Made by a program: the position numbers and the translations under genes
The notes under the pieces: model-generated
The model's input: only the letters and a program-made list of their open reading frames with translations
Databases searched by the model: none
Told to the model about the DNA's origin: nothing
Assembly (NCBI GenBank): GCA_001662655.1
Contig: KV460258.1
Reading direction: 5' to 3' (one strand)
Length of the DNA: 64,000 nucleotides
DNA from: Pseudogymnoascus verrucosus
Taxonomy: Eukaryota
Part shown: piece after piece, positions 60,381 through 64,000 of the stretch
Position numbering within the stretch: the stretch's first letter is position 1
Layout of the letters: every line of letters begins with the position of its first letter

Positions 60381-63300
60381 CTAAGCTCCGGCAACTCTCC
60401 TGATGCTCTTTCTCGGCCCCTCGCCAACCACCATTATGGAACCCTCCTGCTCAAGTAATCTTATGGTATCTGAAAACTCCGGAGCCTCAACTGGAATACT
60501 ACTTTCCTCGTTGAGTCTTTTTTGAACCTCGCTGTACCGAGCGGCTTGACCTTGCCTAACCATATTGTCCAATAAGAGGAGCAAAGCATTCTTCAAATCA
60601 GCCCTTCTCCTCCTCTCACTAGCGCTTGTTCCCTCAGTGAGCAGGCTCATGTCAATAAGTCCAGTTCGTGCATCCGTAGCAGCCTGCTTCAGGGCCGATT
60701 TGATTAAACGGACAGCTTCGAGGACATCGTCACGCGTGACTTCCAGTGAGAGACGCATCTTAGCATGGGCCTCGGAGAGACGGATCATTGATTCGAGCTG
60801 TCTTGTCGTCGCGGTGATGCGGCGTTCTGCGGAGCGGACATCTTCGCCTAGCTTGCGCATGTCGACATAGGCCTTTACAAGCTCCTTTGAAGCCTCTTCA
60901 GTGATGCGTGGCTGGCATACGTTGCGGGCGTAGGAAATGTATGATGTGAGAAACTCGATTGGCTAGTTGCCTGTTAGTATAGCACAAACTATCTGTAGGA
61001 TTTGACTTACAAGAATCTCCATATTCCCGGCACTCTGTGGCGTGTCTTCCAAGTACATGCCGAGTAAATGCCTCGCTAGCCTCCTGTCATTGGTCTCGTC
61101 GATTCGGTCAAGAATGAGATAGACGAGATCAAAACGGGATAGCAGAGTAGGCGGAAGGTCGATATTTTGAGGAACAGGAAGGTTGGGGTTATACTTGCTG
61201 CCAATAGGATTGGCAGAGGCGAGAATACTGGTTCTAGCGTTCAGTGTGGTGATGATGCCAGCCTTTGCAATGGAAACTGTCTGTTGCTCCATGACTTCGT
61301 GCAGCACCGATCGAGTAGATTCGGACATCTTGTCAAATTCATCAATGCAGCAGACTCCTCCATCAGAGAGGACTAGAGCACCAGACTCAAGAACGAGTTG
61401 CTTCGTCTCCTGGTCACGAGTGACATAGGCGGTCAAACCAACGGCAGAAGAGCCCTTTCCACTGGTATAGACACCTCGCGGGGCGATTTGGTGTACATAC
61501 TTAAGAATCTGAGACTTTGACGTAGACGGATCGCCGCACAGGAGGATATTGATGTCTCCACGGTACTTCGGGCTACCTCCTTTCTCGAACGATTTGTTTG
61601 TGCCACCGAAAAGTTGCAGAAGTATGCCCTTCTTTACATCGTCCATCTCAAAAATACTTGGCGCAAGAGAGCGGGATAAAAGATCGTAAATGTCAGGCCT
61701 AGCCGCAGTGACCTTGATTTTTTCGATATCCTCGTCTGAAATCTTTCTCTTCCCCTCGACATCACCATCTGCATCCGTAGATGAGCCATCGCCTTCAACA
61801 GTAGAGACGTCGATGCCCATGCGTTTCTTGTCTACCTTTTGGATGTGGACGACATCCACGTAAGTCTTGAACACATTCTTCAGCGTGCGCTGTGCGGGGT
61901 TCACCCGAACCGGATTGCATCGGAAGATACCAGTGATTTCGACTCGGTCACCAGCCTTGCAGAGATCAACGAGGTCATCGTATGCGCAGAGAGAAACGGA
62001 ATGCGGCGTCTGACCAGCCGGGACTGAATCGGGGGTCTCTTGAAGCTTGATAACTTGTTTGTTACAAAAGTTTGACCTGTTGTGCACAATCTGCATCGAG
62101 TTCGGTGATTTACAGACTGTACGAGGGCACTGGGTAGGCTCTGCAATCTTGCCACGCTCGATTTCGACCGTAACTGTATGGTTGCATGCTTGGCAGCGGA
62201 AAAAGGCCTCTGCCATGTCGGGGATGATGGGTGTTGTGCGGATGACAAGGCCTTTGACTGAGATCATCTTATCCATGTCTAAAAGGGGTCAGCGGCAGTT
62301 CTTGGGTGATAATAGTCATAGACCTACCAGAGGGGTCGAGGTCTCTGAGATTGATAGTTTTTTCAATTCCAAACAGGCGAACTTTATATTTTGCTTCGTC
62401 CACTTCAGCTAAGATATCGCGTTTCTTCCTTGATTGAGTTGGTTGCGTTGGCCCTGGCGTCATCTCCATGTCACCCCTGTCGGAGCTTGGGATTGGCATA
62501 TCCGAGCTAGGAATGTGGTGCGCTTGGGATAGGCCGTTCGTGCTTTGAGACTCTGCGGCTCTCTCTCGCTTGACTTCCTCCTCTGCAAGCTGTACCATGA
62601 TATTGTGAACCACTTGATCCATCAATGGGATCATTTCTTGTGGATAGGCCTGGGCCTGATGATGAAGCTTCAGGGTAGGAGGGTATGCTTTGAGATCCAT
62701 AAAGTCTATGTGTAAGCTGGAGTGTGCAAGCTCTAGCAGGTCCTTCATCTTGTCCATGTATACTTTCGACTCCGATGTTTCGTCCTCTTGGGTTTCTGCC
62801 ACAGTCATACCGTCCGCCCACATCCGATACTTTTTGGTGAAATTACGCAAAAAGCCTTCGAATGTCTTTGAGGCATCAATAACGGAGATGTTTGTACCCC
62901 AGACTGTGTTATAGATATTGCCGGAACCCCCTCCAAGGGCGTCAGCATCTGAAGTTGTAGGATCGTTATTTGAGAATGTCGGAGCATCTGACCCGTCAGG
63001 AACATTGTGGACGACATTCCCATTCTCATCGAGGAAAATACGCTTTCGAACTCCAGAAGCTGCGCTACGGTCGGGATTAATATCACCGCGGCTAGACCTA
63101 TTCAAACCGGAGCTACTTGGCGGTATGGACTGCGTAGAGCGAAGAAAGAGTCCACTGCTCTCCGTTGGGGCATCGGATTGTTGGCGCAAATCTCGGCCAG
63201 GACTGGATGTTGAAGCGTATCGAATAGGAGATGAATCTAGTACCGTTAGACAGTGAGATCAAAATAGATCAAAAACTACTCACCTCTCATCAGTTGTCCA

Positions 63301-63608
63301 GTGGCCCGAGGGGTGCGATCGCCATCTGTCATAGCAATATCTGGAGTTCCCCGACTGAAGGGGGAAGCGGCATCTTGTCGCCCAGCGACCGGTGAAGATT
63401 GGTAATTCATGGGCGATGATGACTTTATTTGGCGTCTAGGAGTGCCATGGCCCCGGCTAGCCTGGGAAGAAGAGGCGGCTTCACCCAGCAATTGCGCAGC
63501 AGACGGGTCTGGAGGACTACTGGGAGGGGCCTGGGAACTGCGTTGTGATGAGCGTTTCGGAGTTCCAGCGGCGGAGGCCTTTTGTCGTCGTTTTGCGGGT
63601 GACGACAT
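60381..63608 (-). CDS. MCM4: DNA replication licensing factor Mcm4
   Basis: Ser/Pro-rich N-terminus, VWGTNIS, zinc finger CQAC...CPRTVC, Walker A variant [39 protein letters not shown]; three introns. Confidence 0.97.
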
Positions 63609-63718
63609 TGCGATAATTACTTTTGTTTATATCGGCGTTGTTGTCAATGAAAAGAGTCCTGTGTCGATGTTTGGAGATGAACTGGAGTCGAGGCCAAGGT
63701 GTGATGGGGGGAAATAAG

Positions 63719-63751
63719 ACGCGTCGCGAAAAGGGTCGCGTTTGGACGCGT
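63719..63751. promoter_or_regulatory. Cluster of MCB/SCB-like elements upstream of MCM4
   Basis: ACGCGT at 63719 and 63746, CGCGAAA at 63725 and TCGCGT at 63736, 110-145 bp upstream of the ATG. Confidence 0.7.
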
Positions 63752-64000
63752 AGAGAGCTTGCATTAGCGCTCCCCAAACGAGCCAGTGGTGGGTTCATCC
63801 ATTTGAGGCTTAGCGTGCCTTTGGCGGTGCCAGATTACAGAAACACGGCCTCACTGCCAAAGAGCCGCAATACCAAGCTGCCAGTTGCTATAACGCCTCC
63901 CTCGCCTTGTTTTTTACTCCTGGCTTCGCAAAACCTCTGACACGATGGCGCCCAATATGTCTCTCTTCTCTGTCCAGGCGATAATTATCCTCGGAACAGA

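Overview
Eukaryotic DNA from a filamentous ascomycete. Evidence: short GT-AG introns with CTAAC branch sites, RIP-mutated transposons and Pezizomycotina-type genes. The genus cannot be fixed from the sequence. The window has three zones. (1) 1-7.3 kb is an AT/TpA-rich nest of RIP-inactivated retroelements: a truncated Ty3/Gypsy gag-pol, three related LTRs, a Copia 5' fragment, a tandem LTR pair and a 542-bp foldback. (2) About 7.3-24 kb is accessory: a secreted intronless polysaccharide-lyase-fold gene, several pseudogenes, a secreted GH5, a divergent SDR/Zn2Cys6 pair and an SRPK-like kinase. (3) About 24-64 kb is a conserved core block: nucleotide-sugar transporter, GH15, APN1, BUB1, VTC4, pseudouridine glycosidase-kinase fusion, COG4, PMR1, RAD21, a GPI protein and MCM4, interrupted at 45-48 kb by two decayed SRPK-like kinases. 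The most unusual observations are: (a) LTRs that share a ~196-bp 3' module but carry unrelated U3 cassettes, two of them with phased arrays of palindromic sites; (b) an otherwise open gene with one TAG at a probable Trp codon; (c) a sense-strand C-rich then G-rich switch near the 3' end of most genes; (d) a 61-bp promoter segment with a probable Zn2Cys6 site duplicated 6.2 kb away. All calls come from motif recognition by eye; no database searches were run, and intron boundaries are approximate unless stated.
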